Translations under genes and position numbers: made by a program
Assembly: GCF_006345805.1 (NCBI RefSeq)
Contig: NC_043009.1
Coordinates: 10,664,001-10,728,000 of the forward strand
DNA length: 64,000 nt
Source of the DNA: Octopus sinensis
Taxonomy: Eukaryota
Direction: 5' to 3'
Part shown: positions 1 through 12,426 of the stretch, one piece after another
Layout: the number at the start of each line of letters is the position of its first letter
Numbering within the stretch: the first letter of the stretch is position 1
Notes under the pieces: generated by a model
Seen by the model: only the letters and a program-made list of their open reading frames with translations
What the model was told of the DNA's origin: nothing
Database searches by the model: none

Positions 1-110
1 CTTGGCTTACAAATAATAAGTCCTGGAGTCGATTTGCTCGACTAAAAGGCGATGCTCCAGCATGGCCGCAGTCAAATGACTGAAATAAGTAAAGGAGTAA
101 AAGAGTAAAA
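1..110 (+). mobile_element. 3' tail of SINE family C (tRNA-derived, CORE-like), cut by window edge
   Basis: gtcgatttgctcgactaaaaggcgatgctccagcatggccgcagtcaaatgactgaaa...gtaaaagag matches the tails of full copies at 45616 and 46507. Confidence 0.85.
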
Positions 111-429
111 TGGATTTCCATCGGAGGATTTAGTAGAATTAGCTGCACATTGAATTAACATGGACGTGGATGTATATTCCATAAATATGTATACACAAAA
201 TGTAATCCTTGGGCACAATCAGCACGACACGGTGTGTGACAAGTGACAAAGTTGTACCTATACCTTATGATTTACAGGTGCAATCCGTCTGATGGGCTTC
301 TGCACAGTTTCCGTCCAACCAATTTAATACACAATGCTTGAGTCGAACAGAATTATAGTGAAAAATATTTATCCCAGAATGCCACGAAGATCTTGTTGAT
401 TCCGAAGAAAATTTATTAATATTTCGTCA

Positions 430-1380
430 TGAATAACTGAACACTTGCAGAACATCAATTCCAAGAATTCCAACTAAGGCTATTCAACGTTTATAGAACT
501 TTGGAAGCGGACTCAAATATAGTATTTTGGGAGAGGACTGAAATAGATATGTCACACATCTTGAGTTCAGCAAGGTCTTTGAGAGAATTCTACTGTAGGA
601 TTCTATTGCAAAACCTATCCGGCCCTAGAATCCAAGAAAATGACCTACATTAGATTAAGGGTTTCTTGGTAAACACATCTCAATACGTGATTTTTTAATA
701 TCCACCTAAACGCACTGAAATCAATATTGGTGTCCCTCAATGCACTGTACTGAGCGTACATTTCGATAATTTACAAAAACATATCACAACGATCAACCAC
801 TACAAATTAAAAAAAACTGTTTATTGACGATTCAAAGCATCAGAAAGTTATAAACGCAGTAACGGAACTAATTAAATCCTAATTCGACCTTTATATAGCA
901 AATCGATAGACGAAATAAAACTACATACCGCTAAACGAAGAAAAAAATTTCATATCAACCACTTTGGTAAAAAGTATATGCTGATATAACTGCATATCGT
1001 TCTCCCAGGAGAACATCTTATGACGTCTAATAGTATTAGATATTTACTATTAATTGTCGACAAACATTCCTTGTTGGAACATTTCCATCAACAATAAAGG
1101 CGACAGAATGAGCTATAGGATCTTCAGAACTTCCTTTCTCTGATATCACCATCATTTCTATTCTCTATCTTTCCAAAGTCTGATTTATATATCTAGAATA
1201 ATATTCTCTCATACCAAACAAAATATTACGAGAATTGAGTCACTACAAAAGATAATTACAAAAATAATATAAACAGTATTCCATGTGTTGGTTATTTGGG
1301 TCATATCTAACACTGAAGCTCTACATGAACAATTGATAAAATGTGAATATTAACCCATTTTCAATGTACAAAATACACCA
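430..1380 (+). pseudogene. Highly decayed CR1/L2-like LINE reverse transcriptase fragment
   Basis: Ordered degenerate RT motifs: FSKVF (gagttcagcaaggtcttt ~567), GVPQCTVL (ggtgtccctcaatgcactgtactg ~729), LFIDDSK (ctgtttattgacgattcaaag ~817); many stops and frameshifts. Confidence 0.65.
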
Positions 1381-2061
1381 TTTTGTGAAAACGGTGAACT
1401 GTGATTTATGGAAGATTTGGTAGATATTTCTAGCTGGTTAAAGGATCATGTGAGAGTCCCTTCGTTTCTTTTCTTGAATCAACGCTGCTGTTTACTTCAA
1501 GGTCATCCTTAATGAAGTACACCGATGATCAAATGCATTCTAACCTGAACAATTCGTCTTTTTTTCATACAATATTAAATGGGGATACACAGCAGAATCT
1601 AGTTTTTTAAACTCAGTATGGTACGACAAGAAAAGTTTGCTGTTATTTCTAGCAGCCAAAAAGACCACATAACGACTCCTCTCTAACACCGATGTTATCG
1701 TTTTGCTCTATGTTAGCAGTGTTTAAGGAAACGTATGATCAAAAGCACTACAACCGTGATTATCTCATTCTTAATATTTTTTTCTATTTAATCATATAAG
1801 ACGTAAGATTACATTTCTTACTGTACCATTATTCTGGAGAGTTGAGAATTGAGGGAGATTTGCCTGCTATTTCTAACGAGCTGAGTCGCTACATTGGAAT
1901 CGTCATATAAACTAATCAATACTGTTGCTGCTTAGCCGCAGGTCATCTCTGCTTAAACACACGTTTGATCAACGGTTAACCTGACAAGACCATCACGCCT
2001 ATATTTTTCAGACAATGTGTTTGAGATGGTGAGGGTAATCTTGATTGTAATGGTGTTGAAA

Positions 2062-2099
2062 GTCATCATCATCATCATCAATCATCATCATCAATCATC

Positions 2100-2159
<60 letters not shown>

Positions 2160-2176
2160 TATCAATATTATTATTG

Positions 2177-2222
<46 letters not shown>
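2062..2222. repeat. Compound (CAT)n/(ATT)n microsatellite
   Basis: Direct reading; explains poly-Ile ORF 2017-2322. Confidence 0.95.
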
Positions 2223-3062
2223 GCAGATGAGGATTATTACTGTAACGCCGACAAAAAAGGTGTTAATAGTGAAGATGGCGACGAAGACGATGATGAATAT
2301 GCAGGTGACAACGTCAACATAAGGTGTTATCGATGACAGCTATGTATATTTTTGTATTTATTTTATAACATATATGTATTTCAAACAGAAATATTTGTCG
2401 GCGCTTATTAACAGTTTTATTATAGAGTTGTAACAAACTGTGCCAATATTGATCTGGGGATCATCAGGTATCGGCTATTACTGATTTCTTCTGAATGTTG
2501 TTGTTCTTGAATTTGCTGTTGCTACTGTTGTTGTTATTGATTTTGTTGTTGTTGGTGTTATTGTTGGTGTTGCGACCTTTGTAGCTGCGGTTGTAGTTGT
2601 TGCTGCTAGACATATTGTCAATATCATGATACTTTTATAGTTGCTATTGATGTTCTTATTGATGTTGGTGTCATTACGTTTGGTAATCTGTTGTCATTCT
2701 CCTAAGTGTTAATATCGCAATTGCTGTTATTGTTGTTGTTGAATTTGTTGTTGTTGTCAGTGACATCGTTCTCATCGTTGACTAAAATAATAAAAAAACA
2801 TAAAACTGCATTTTACTCTGACAAAATGCAACTTGGATTACACCACACAAAGATTTCTTTTTAAAGAGACACAGCGTGATATGAGGGTGATTTGGCTCCT
2901 ATTTCTTGCACATCACATGGTATAACAGAAACTCCCTCGTTGATGTTACTGGTAATAGTGGTAGTTGTGGTGAAGATGTTAGTGGTGGCAAAGGAGATGT
3001 TAGAAGTGATGTTGGCTGGTACTCGCGGTGGTAACTTTTAATGGTGGTATTATTAATGGTAA

Positions 3063-3300
3063 GGCGGCGAACTGGCAGAATCGTTAGCACGCCGGGCGAA
3101 ATGCGTAGCCGTATTTCGTCAGCCGTTACGTTCTGAGTTCAAATTCCGCCGAGGTCGACTTTGCCTTTCATCCTTTCGGGGTCGATAAATTAAGTACCAG
3201 TTATGCACTGGGGTCGATGTAATCGACTTAATCCGTTTGTCTGTCCTTCTTTGTCCCCTCTGTGTTTAGCCCCTTGTGGGTAGTAAAGAAATAGGTATTA
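3063..3300 (+). mobile_element. SINE family D (tRNA head, Deu/Nin-like core, tail A), full length with 17-bp TSD
   Basis: Head ggcggcgaactggcagaatcgttagc, B-box gagttcaaattcc, core gcctttcatcctttcggggtcgataaattaagtaccag; TSD ggtattattaatggtaa at 3046-3062 and 3294-3310. Confidence 0.9.
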
Positions 3301-3418
3301 TTAATGGTAATAGATCTGGTGGTAGTGGTAGTAGTGGTTGTGCTATTTCCGTAAATATATTCCGAATTTTATTACTATTGTTGATAATATTATTGTTATT
3401 GATGTCGTTGTTGATGCT

Positions 3419-3813
3419 TGTTTGTTTGTTTGTTTGTTTGTTGAGCGAAGCGGTCTTCGTTCCAGAGTGGGAGAAGTCCGAAACGCGGTCCTTTTGCTAT
3501 TCGTAAGACCCGCAGAAGAGAAAGCAGGTCAACCCCCGACACCGAGAGCATCGACGGATGGATGAATGCGCATCCAGGCTCAGCAGTTGTGTAGGAAGTC
3601 GGGGACAAGAAACAGGAAGAAAGAGTGAGAGAAAGTTGGGGTGAAAGAGTACAACAGGGGCCGCCACCCCCATATCCCTGCCGGAGCCTCGTGGAACTTC
3701 AGGTGTTTTCGCTCAATAAACACACACAACGCCCGGTCTGGTAATCGAAACCGCGATCCTCCGACCGCGAGTCCGCTGCCCTAACCACTAGGCCACTGGG
3801 CCATTGCGCCTCC
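3419..3813 (-). mobile_element. SINE family R (tRNA-Arg-like head), tail A ending in (AAAC)n
   Basis: Minus strand ggaggcgcaatggcccagtgg...ggtttcgatt A/B boxes; close match to 4819-5212. Confidence 0.9.
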
Positions 3814-4302
3814 ACTGTTGTTGATGCTGTTCTTCATGCTGATATTGTTGATGTTATTTACGCTTTTGCTAATGTTGTTGATACTGAAGTTGTTCTTGTC
3901 GTTACTGATGTTCTCTGTGACCTCCGCTTTCGCTAAGGCAGAGGTATTGTTTTCAGTTGTCTTTGTTTGTTTGACAATGGACAAGATATCTCAAGAACCG
4001 CTGGATGGATTCGAGTGAAACTTTCAGGGATGTTTGGCCTCGTGACTGGCACGAACTGATTAGATTTCGGGATCGATCCGGTACCAGACAAGGATTCTGG
4101 ATTATTTTCCCTGTTTCTTCTTTTTTTTTTTCGAGAGCGGTCGAGTTCATTTTTAGCATTCTCATTTGTGAGAGCAGTCGAGTTTATTTCAGATATCCTC
4201 ATTATAAAAATCATCTTCGGCTAATCGTTGAGAGGACGTTAGTGTTGTCTTGGCAGAGGTTTGCGCTCTCTCAGTGCTCTTGTTATTATTGCTGTCGTTT
4301 AA

Positions 4303-4745
4303 GTGGGCGAGGTGGCAGAATCATTAGGACACCGGACAAAATGTCTAGCGACATTTCATCCGTTTTTACGTTCTGAGTTCAAATGCTACCGAGGTCGACT
4401 CTGCATTTCATTCTTTCGAGGTCGATAAAATAAGTACCAGTCAGGTACTGGGGTCAATGTAATCGACTAGCCCCTCCCACCAAATTTCAGGCTTTATGCC
4501 TATAATACTAAGAATATTATTAATGTTCTTGTTAATATTGCAGTTGATGTACAAAGCAGTGAGCTAGTAGAATCGTTTGCACGGAGGCAAATTTTTTTTT
4601 AGTGACGTTTTGTTCATCTTTACGTTGTGAGTTCAAATTCCGCCCAGATCGACTTTGCCTTTGATCCGTTCGGGGTCAGCAGAATAAGGCTGAAGGCGCC
4701 TCGCTCTCCGATATTCTAACCTTCTGTCAGAATTTGAAACCAGTA
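4303..4745 (+). mobile_element. Two adjacent SINE family D copies (tail B copy 4303-4520, degenerate copy 4553-4745)
   Basis: Head and core motifs as at 3063; tail aatcgactagcccctcccaccaaatttcaggc. Confidence 0.8.
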
Positions 4746-4818
4746 TTGCTGTTGTTATTGTTGTTGTAATAACGGCTTATGTTGCTGTAGTTATAAACTT
4801 TGTTGTTGCTGCTATTGA

Positions 4819-5212
4819 TTTGTTTGTTTGTTTGTTTGTTGAGCGAAGCGGTCTTCGTCCCATTTGTCTGTAGTGGGAGAAGTCCGAAACGTGGTCCTTT
4901 GCTATTCGTAAGACCCGCAGAAGAGAAAGCAGGTCAACTCGCGACACCGAGAGCGTCGACGGATGGATGAATGCGCATCCAGGCTCAGCGATTGCGTAGG
5001 AAGTCGGGGACAAGAAACAGGAGGAAAGAGTGAGAGAAAGTTGTAGCGAAAGAGTACAACAGGGGTCGCCACCCCCATACCCACTGCCGGAGCCTCGTGG
5101 AGCTTTTAGGTGTTTTCGCTCAATAAACACACACAACGCCCGGTCTGGGAATCTAAACCGTGATCCTCCGACCGCGAGTCCGCTGCCCTAACCACTGGGC
5201 CATTGCGCCTCC
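4819..5212 (-). mobile_element. SINE family R, tail A, full length
   Basis: Same head, body and (AAAC)n tail as 3419-3813. Confidence 0.9.
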
Positions 5213-5351
5213 TGATACAGTTTTCCTGCCGTTGTTTGTGCTGTTGCTAATATTAGTTAACGATATAAATAGCCCCGTTATTCTTTCTGCTCTTCTTGTA
5301 AGTTGTAATTGATGATGATGGAAGAGGAAGAATGATGACGACTGTGTCACC

Positions 5352-5406
<55 letters not shown>

Positions 5407-6001
5407 GTGATGATGCTAACGTTGCTATAGCTGCTGATGTTGCTGTTGTTGCAAAGGATTTAATTAATATTTTCTCTTTTGAAACCCGAAGCCATATTAA
5501 TTGGATGGAGCTGGAATTGAAACTGAATTAGTTAAATGACCATGAAACACAATATTGCTGATGGTTAATTGCTTCTGTCCTTTGTAGCATTTTAATGATG
5601 ATGATGATGATGGTCATAATGATGATGATGATGATGTTGATAATTCGATACTACAACAACGATGATGATGATGATGATATTATTAGTAATACTGATAATA
5701 TTATTTTCGTCTTCATTTGGTGTAATATTGGAATGCGCATGTGGATGTACGAAGTTATGTGAAAACGGGGAGAGACGGGGCCAAAAGCTATACAATGTAA
5801 TGTAGCATTGAAAATTCTGATAAAATGCAGATAAAAATTCACAAAATTCCGTTCAATAAATGCATGCACACGTACATGCTCGTATCCTTTCTTTTCTTTC
5901 ATTCATACTTGCATATAGACGCGCATATATACATGTGCTCTTTCATTCATACATAAGTACCTACATGCATACATGTACGCATATATATATATATATATAT
6001 G

Positions 6002-6197
6002 TGAAGGCGCGTGGCTCAGTGGTTAGGGGATTTGGTTTATGATTGTAAGGTCGTGAGTTCAATTCCCGGCAACGTGTTTTGTCCTGGAGCAAGACACTAT
6101 TTCACGTTGCTCCAGTTCATTCAGCTGGATAGAATGAGTAGTACCTGTGTTTCAAAGGGCCTGCCTTGTCACACTCTGTGTCACGATGAATCTCCTT
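6002..6197 (+). mobile_element. tRNA-headed SINE related to family V (shared head and core, different tail)
   Basis: gaaggcgcgtggctcagtggttaggg A box, gagttcaattccc B box, gagcaagacactatttcacgttgctccagttc core. Confidence 0.8.
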
Positions 6198-6258
6198 CGT
6201 CGTCGTAACCGACGGAGTGCTCCATATGTGTGTATGTGTGTGTGTGTGTGAATGTATG

Positions 6259-6289
<31 letters not shown>

Positions 6290-7151
6290 TCATACTCACA
6301 CTCATAGATATACACATATGTATATATACTTTTGGATTAAAACGCGATTAAGTCATCCTACTACTTCTTTCTGCGTCAGATACTGGGAGCTTGTACCCCC
6401 GAAGCTACCCGTGGGCGTCTCTGAAGTTTGACTAAGTGAAAATTCTCCCATGTTCTTAGAATGGTTTTACTCTAGTAGAGTTTAGTACAATTTTTTAAAC
6501 AATCATTCAAGTGTTTCACAATATCAAATCCAATCTCTTTCTCAATCAACGAATTTTTCCTGGCTTCTTCCTTGCATTCGCTTAACATATCTACCTCTTC
6601 ATCGTTCGTTACTCGAATAACCGAGAATTTTATGCAGTTTGAAAGGAGGTGAGTTCCTCTTCAGCTGCGGAGCTGCAAATCTAACAATTACTTTGCTATT
6701 AAATATAGGCTTTATCACTTTGTTATTAAATATAGGCTTTATCACTTCATTCTTCAGTGTTTGCATCAGATAGACCTGAACTGCAGAAGGCGTGTTTCCA
6801 CAAAAAGCGATTGAACAGACGCTTTGATATCATCAGAATAAAACTGGAGCAAGGTACAACGATCAGGCGGTAATACATGATGCAGATCTTCCGTTCAGAC
6901 TATTTTGTTTATTACAGTAATGCTTTTTTTTCAAAGTGTTACAGTGCCAGATATATAATGGATAAACTAGATGGGCTTTGATGTTAAAAAGGAGGAAGAT
7001 ATGGGCTTTGATTTTGAGAAACTTTTCGTACATAATGATGCACTCCAGAAAGGTAAACGACGTCAATTTTTGAAATCGTGTATTTGGAAATATGTACCCC
7101 ATACATATATATATATGTATATTTATGTATATGTATGTATATATAGGTATA

Positions 7152-7518
7152 TTAGGTTGTCAAGAAAGTTCTTGTGGAATTTAAATTTTGGTTTTAACTG
7201 ATGTATTTTCAAATTAATTGTCATTAAAATACTTTGACTTTATAAATGATTTTAAAGCCCGTTTTTTGCTCTGTCTAATCATGTTACTCTTTTTCTTTTT
7301 GAATAATTAGGCCATTTTTTCTGGAATGTTGAATACAACATGGACAAAAAGCACATTCGCACAATTTTCTTATTCCAGTTCAAGCTAGGCCTAAAAGCTG
7401 CTGAAATAGCTCGCAATATCAACGATGCGTTTGACCCAGGAACCACTGATGAACGTACAGCACAATGGTGGTTCAAGAATTTTCGTAGCGGTGACGAGAG
7501 TCTTGAAGATGATAAGCG
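7152..7518 (+). mobile_element. Mariner 5' fragment (TIR plus N-terminal HTH of transposase)
   Basis: TA-ttaggttgtcaagaaagtt TIR; ORF 7340-7525 MDKKHIRTIFLFQFKLGLKAAEIARNINDAF...TAQWWFKNFRSGDESLEDD is a mariner N-terminus. Confidence 0.85.
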
Positions 7519-7596
7519 AGACTAGATATTTTACACACAGATATATCTAATATCTATCTGTCGTGAAAATTTCAAGTGAATGGAATTGATATTTCG

Positions 7597-8921
7597 CATG
7601 TTATGAGGAAATAAAGAAATTAACATCCAAACTGCAACAGCGAAAAGTTAAGGGTTACTTGGAAAAATAATAAAAAATGGAACAAGAACAATTAATATTA
7701 ATTACTATTAATATTTTGTGAACATCTCTTTAGTATAATGACCCCCTGAAATCTGTTACCACAGGACTGAATTAATTTCTTGGAAAATGATTGAGTAATA
7801 TTACTCCGTTCGTTTTTCAATAATTCTCTTGGTTCTTTGGATTCCTCCTTCGCGCCCCATTTCCAATAATCTTCCAAACATTTTCTATAGGGATGAGATC
7901 GGGACTTTGAGGTGGTCAGTCCATGAGATCAACCCCTTTGTTACTAAAAAAAAATATTTGACTCTCTTCGCAGTGTGACGAAGAGCATTGTCCTGCACGA
8001 AGATAGGAGGTTGAGCTGACGGGGATCGGAGATGTGGAAGGGCATGCTGTCTAAGAATTTGTTTGTAGATTTCAGCATAGACAGTCTTTTGTAGGCGAAT
8101 AAGTGGACCAGGAGATCACTACCCATACCATTACACTGCATCCTCTATATTTCACTGTCTTCTTCACACATGCACGAGATAACCTTTTGCCACTTCGTCA
8201 GACGTACATCCCGCCATCAGAACCAATCATATTATGCGTCGCTAAAATGAATCTGCAGCCGCTGTTCTTCTGTCTAAACGACATGTTCGTGAGTGAAACG
8301 TAGACAGGCTCTTTGATTCTTCTTGGAGATCAGAGGTTTCTTTGCCGGTGCCCGAGCAAGCGAACCAGAACCTCGTAACCTCCAAGAAACTTGACATCGG
8401 AAGTGGAGCTAAACTCGCGGGATATCTTAGCAACACTATTAAACCTATCCTTCAGTGACATTCTAACCATAATACGATCTTGTCTTGGTGAAGTTTTACG
8501 CGGTCTATCGGTTTTGGGTTTAGCATCTGTCGATCCCGATGACTTAAATCAAGCTACAATTCGTTGCACAACAGTTCTAGACCTTCCTACAGCTGTTGCT
8601 ATCACAGAATTTGACTTGACCTCTTGGTAAATGCACACAGTCCTTTGTTTTTCATCCTAGGACATCGATCATCTCCCACAAGCCGCCATGTTGAGAGTTG
8701 AATGTTCCAATAACGTAAGATCATAAGAAGTAATCGTCAGCCCATTAACAGCCTTCTAAACAACAAATACCTCGGTTAGTAAATTTTTTCTAAGTGACCC
8801 TTAACTTTTGGCCGGTGAAATTTGGACGATTGTTTATTTCCTCATAACGTGTTGTTAATTTTCTATAATAACTATTTCAATACACTTGTTCTTACTGACC
8901 CGTATTTTATGGCCGCTTCGG
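7597..8921 (-). mobile_element. Decayed Tc1-like DNA transposon with long TIRs
   Basis: Left arm gttatgaggaaataaa...aaaagttaagggttact (~7601-7659) is the reverse complement of the right arm (8793-8850); encloses a Tc1 pseudogene. Confidence 0.8.
7709..8689 (-). pseudogene. Tc1 transposase pseudogene
   Basis: Minus-strand peptides RPRKTSPRQDRIMVRMS, AKKPLISKKNQRACLRF, VKKTVKYRGCSVMVW, PPQSPDLIPIENVW; stops and frameshifts. Confidence 0.85.
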
Positions 8922-8935
8922 TATATATATATATA

Positions 8936-9241
8936 TAAAATTATAAATTAGGGTATCTACGAGATACCACCATGCTGAATATAGCAGCCATAATCTGACT
9001 CTAAAACCGCCTCAATTGTTCATATATCAACACGGAGAGAAAACAGAGAGATAAGATGAAACTAGTAAAAAATTACTGGCCACAGAGAAAAGAATTATCC
9101 AGTAATTTTTTACTAGTTTCATCTTATCTCTCTGTTTTCTCTCCGTGTTGATATATGAACAATTAGGTGGTTTTAGAGTAAGATCATGGCTGCTATTTTC
9201 AGCATGGTGGTATCTCGTAGATACCCTAATTTATAATTTTA
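8936..9241. repeat. Near-perfect fold-back: ~143-bp inverted arms (8936-9079 / 9099-9241), 19-nt loop
   Basis: Direct reverse-complement comparison; arms homologous to the hammerhead-bearing fragment at 40395-40560. Confidence 0.9.
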
Positions 9242-9663
9242 ATAATTATTACCTTTGAAGGTTATTTTTTTCCATACTGGTCACTTGATAAAATCGTTAT
9301 TTTATTTTAAATTAACGATCTTATCCTTATTTATATAAATTTATATATATATATATATATATATATTTTTTTAGTCAATTTAGGGTAGCAAAAAAATTCA
9401 ATAGAAATTTATCGCAACCAGCGGCCTGGTGAAAAAGAGAAAATAGTCATCGACTAAATATATAAATATAACGATTTAGGAGTGACTAAGTAGATACCCT
9501 AATTTATAATTTTATATATATATATATACCGAAGCGGCCATAAAATACGGGTCAGTAAGAACAAGTGTATTGAAATAGTTATTATAGAAAATTAACAACA
9601 CGTTATGAGGAAATAAACAATCGTCCAAATTTCACCGGCCAAAAGGGGGTCACTCCTAAATCG

Positions 9664-9701
<38 letters not shown>

Positions 9702-10133
9702 GTGTGTGTGTGTGTGTGTGTGTGTGAATGTATGTATGTATGTATGGAAGATGGATAGGAAGACCTCTGGATCGTTCATTGTGGACGAAAGCTGTACATG
9801 ACAGAAGGAGGGAATTCAAACAAAATCGTACAAAGCATGAACGAAGAGCTCTAAAGAGATGTTCGTCGGTGTCTTGCAGGGAATTCGCTTGATTATGTCG
9901 TCGCCCGGCTCAGTTTAATGTGTTAACGAGCGTGGGCGTCTTCATCTCACCAAAGCAGGCTTTAGAAGTCATCAGAAAAGCCAACTACATACAGGTAGCA
10001 TGGGGAGTCTGGTAAAAGATGTGCGTTAGAAGGCAGGCCAAGCCAAAACATCATATCAAAGCACACACACACACACCACAATGCATTTTGTCTACACTTT
10101 CTATGATTTAATTGGCATAATATAAGCAACAGC

Positions 10134-10147
10134 AACTGCTACCGCTG

Positions 10148-10218
<71 letters not shown>

Positions 10219-10246
10219 ACTACTACTACTACTACTACTACTACTG

Positions 10247-10285
<39 letters not shown>

Positions 10286-10295
10286 ATAATAATAA
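10134..10295. repeat. (ACT)n/(GCT)n microsatellite
   Basis: Direct reading. Confidence 0.95.
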
Positions 10296-10300
10296 TGGTT

Positions 10301-10399
10301 TCAAATTTTGACACAAGGTCAGCAATTTCAACTGGTGCTTATTTTACCAACCCCGAAAGGACGAAAGGCGAAGTCGACCTCGGCAGAATTTGAACTCAC
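10301..10399 (-). mobile_element. Partial SINE family D
   Basis: ccccgaaaggacgaaaggcgaagtcgacctcggcagaatttgaactc is the reverse complement of the core. Confidence 0.75.
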
Positions 10400-10616
10400 T
10401 CTTAGATTAAACCAAAATCCTATAAGAAGTTTAATAATTTCAATTTTAATATGTTTAGTGAAATACTTTAATCGAATATGCTTTATTGTTCATTTTGAAT
10501 ACAACTACTGCTCAAATCATCTTTTCTTCTACTTCCTATCTTCATCTTTAAACTTAGATTCACTTCTGTGACACTTCCTCTCCGCAGTCTAACTTACACT
10601 GTTATGACAGTATTAC

Positions 10617-10647
<31 letters not shown>

Positions 10648-10657
10648 GTGATAAAAG

Positions 10658-10907
10658 TAAATGCGCCCTTTTAAAGCCTAGCCAGGCTCATGGGCCCGGT
10701 TTCCCGGTTTCTATGGCATATGTGTTCCCCAGCTGGACGGGAAGCCAGCCCATCGCAGTGTTCCTCATTTTTGCCAGCTGAGTGGACTGGAGCAACGTGA
10801 AATGAAGTGTTTTGCTCAAGAACACAACGCGTCGCCCGGTCCAGGAATCGAAACCACAATCTTACGAACATGATGTTGACGCCCTAACGACTAAACCACG
10901 CGCCTCC
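10658..10907 (-). mobile_element. SINE family V (tRNA head, V-domain-like body)
   Basis: Minus strand ggaggcgcgtggtttagt...ggtttcgattcc; gcgatgggctggcttcccgtccagc V-like motif; matches 32241-32490. Confidence 0.85.
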
Positions 10908-11254
10908 ACATTATTATCATTATTATTATTATTATTATTATTATCATTAATATACCAATAATAATTCAAACAAAACTGAAATGAGCAACATGTTGTTTAT
11001 AGTAAGGAAACACACCATAATGCTTTTACATTTCGATATTTCATAACTAACGATTTTTCTTGTAAATGCTTATATGTCATGGAATGGTTTCAACTTATTT
11101 CAGTATTCATTTCGATCTTGCTTGTAAATGTTTAAAATCTTTTTTAACCGTATTTTCTGTTTCCTTTTCATTCTTTATTGTTTGATAAATTTCGATCTTT
11201 ATTTGAAAGTTAGAAAAGAACGTATTGGAAAATGTCTCTTTTATATAAAAAGCA

Positions 11255-11637
11255 TTTCTTATAATTGCTTCAGTAAGTTGACTGCGGCTATGCTGGAGCA
11301 CCGCCTTTGTCGAGCAAATCGACCCCAGGACTTATTCTTTGGAAACCTAGTACTTTGCCGAACCGCTAAGTGACGGGGTCATAAACACACCGGCATCGGT
11401 TGTCAAGCGATTACATATACATATACATACAAACATACAAACATATATATATATATATACACATACATAAATACGACAAGCTTCTTTCAGTTTTCATCTA
11501 CCAAATCCACTCACAAGGCTTTGAGCGACTCGAGGCTATAGTAGAAGATACTTGCTCAAGGTGCCACGCAGTGGGACTGAACCCGGAAGCATGTGATTGG
11601 TAAGCAAGCTACTTACCCCACAGCCACTCCTGCGCCT
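11255..11637 (-). mobile_element. SINE family C, full length
   Basis: Minus strand ggcgcaggagtggctg head, ggttcagtccc B box, accttgagcaagtatctt CORE-like motif, internal TA/CA microsatellite. Confidence 0.9.
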
Positions 11638-12042
11638 ATGTTGATTTACTACATAAAAGGCGTCATTAGGAAGCAGTTCCGATAATATGTCACGCATATA
11701 TTTTCAATTTGGTGCTGAATAAATTTGACAGTAAAAGAAACACCATATCGTTTCATTTAGTACACACCACCAAAAATTTGACTATAACTACAAAGAAGAA
11801 AGGCTTTATGAAATCAGAAAACTGTTATAAAATACCCAGTGTGGGGATGCCAAAATATCTAGTGAGGAATTATGGAAGACGAATACAAATGGCTCCAATG
11901 GCAGACAAAATACAAAATTGGAAGATTCTTGATTGCAGCAAAAATTTATAGCTTTCCTATCAGAAATCATTAAAAGCATGTAATGCGGCAGAATATATGA
12001 TGTGTCTAGAATACTTAGAAGTGATATGAAACTCAAGAATAA

Positions 12043-12426
12043 TCTCTCTATATATAAACGGCAAAATGTCAGTCTGTGTGTGTGTGTGTGTGTGTGTGTC
12101 CTTTATACAAATCCACAATTTTTCAGTTAGAGGACTCGCACTTTCTATGGTCATTTAAAACCGTCCAAGGGTGGTGTGCACATCTTTACATTTCCCCAGT
12201 CACCCTGCAAAGCCATTAAAAAATCAATAGAAGTGACTTTTGGTGAATTTTCTATCCAAAACCCAATCAAAATGCATGAAACTTGATACGCCAATTGAAT
12301 GCCAGTTAGCTGTATGTGATTGGTCGGAGATTTGGACAGTTCTCGCGTGTATGTGCGCACGCACGCACGCAGCTGTATATGCATGAACTATCACTATGAC
12401 CCGGCGTTGCCGGGTCATAGTGCTAG
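12043..12426 (+). mobile_element. Non-autonomous Helitron
   Basis: 5' TC start after A, internal (GT)n, 14-bp hairpin cactatgacccggc-gtt-gccgggtcatagtg (12392-12422), CTAG 3' end followed by T, no TSD. Confidence 0.8.

Noticed and set aside
7440-7470. CTGATGA inside the mariner ORF (similar hits at ~30347 and ~35089)
   Set aside because: No correctly placed GAAA or pairing stems; chance heptamers.
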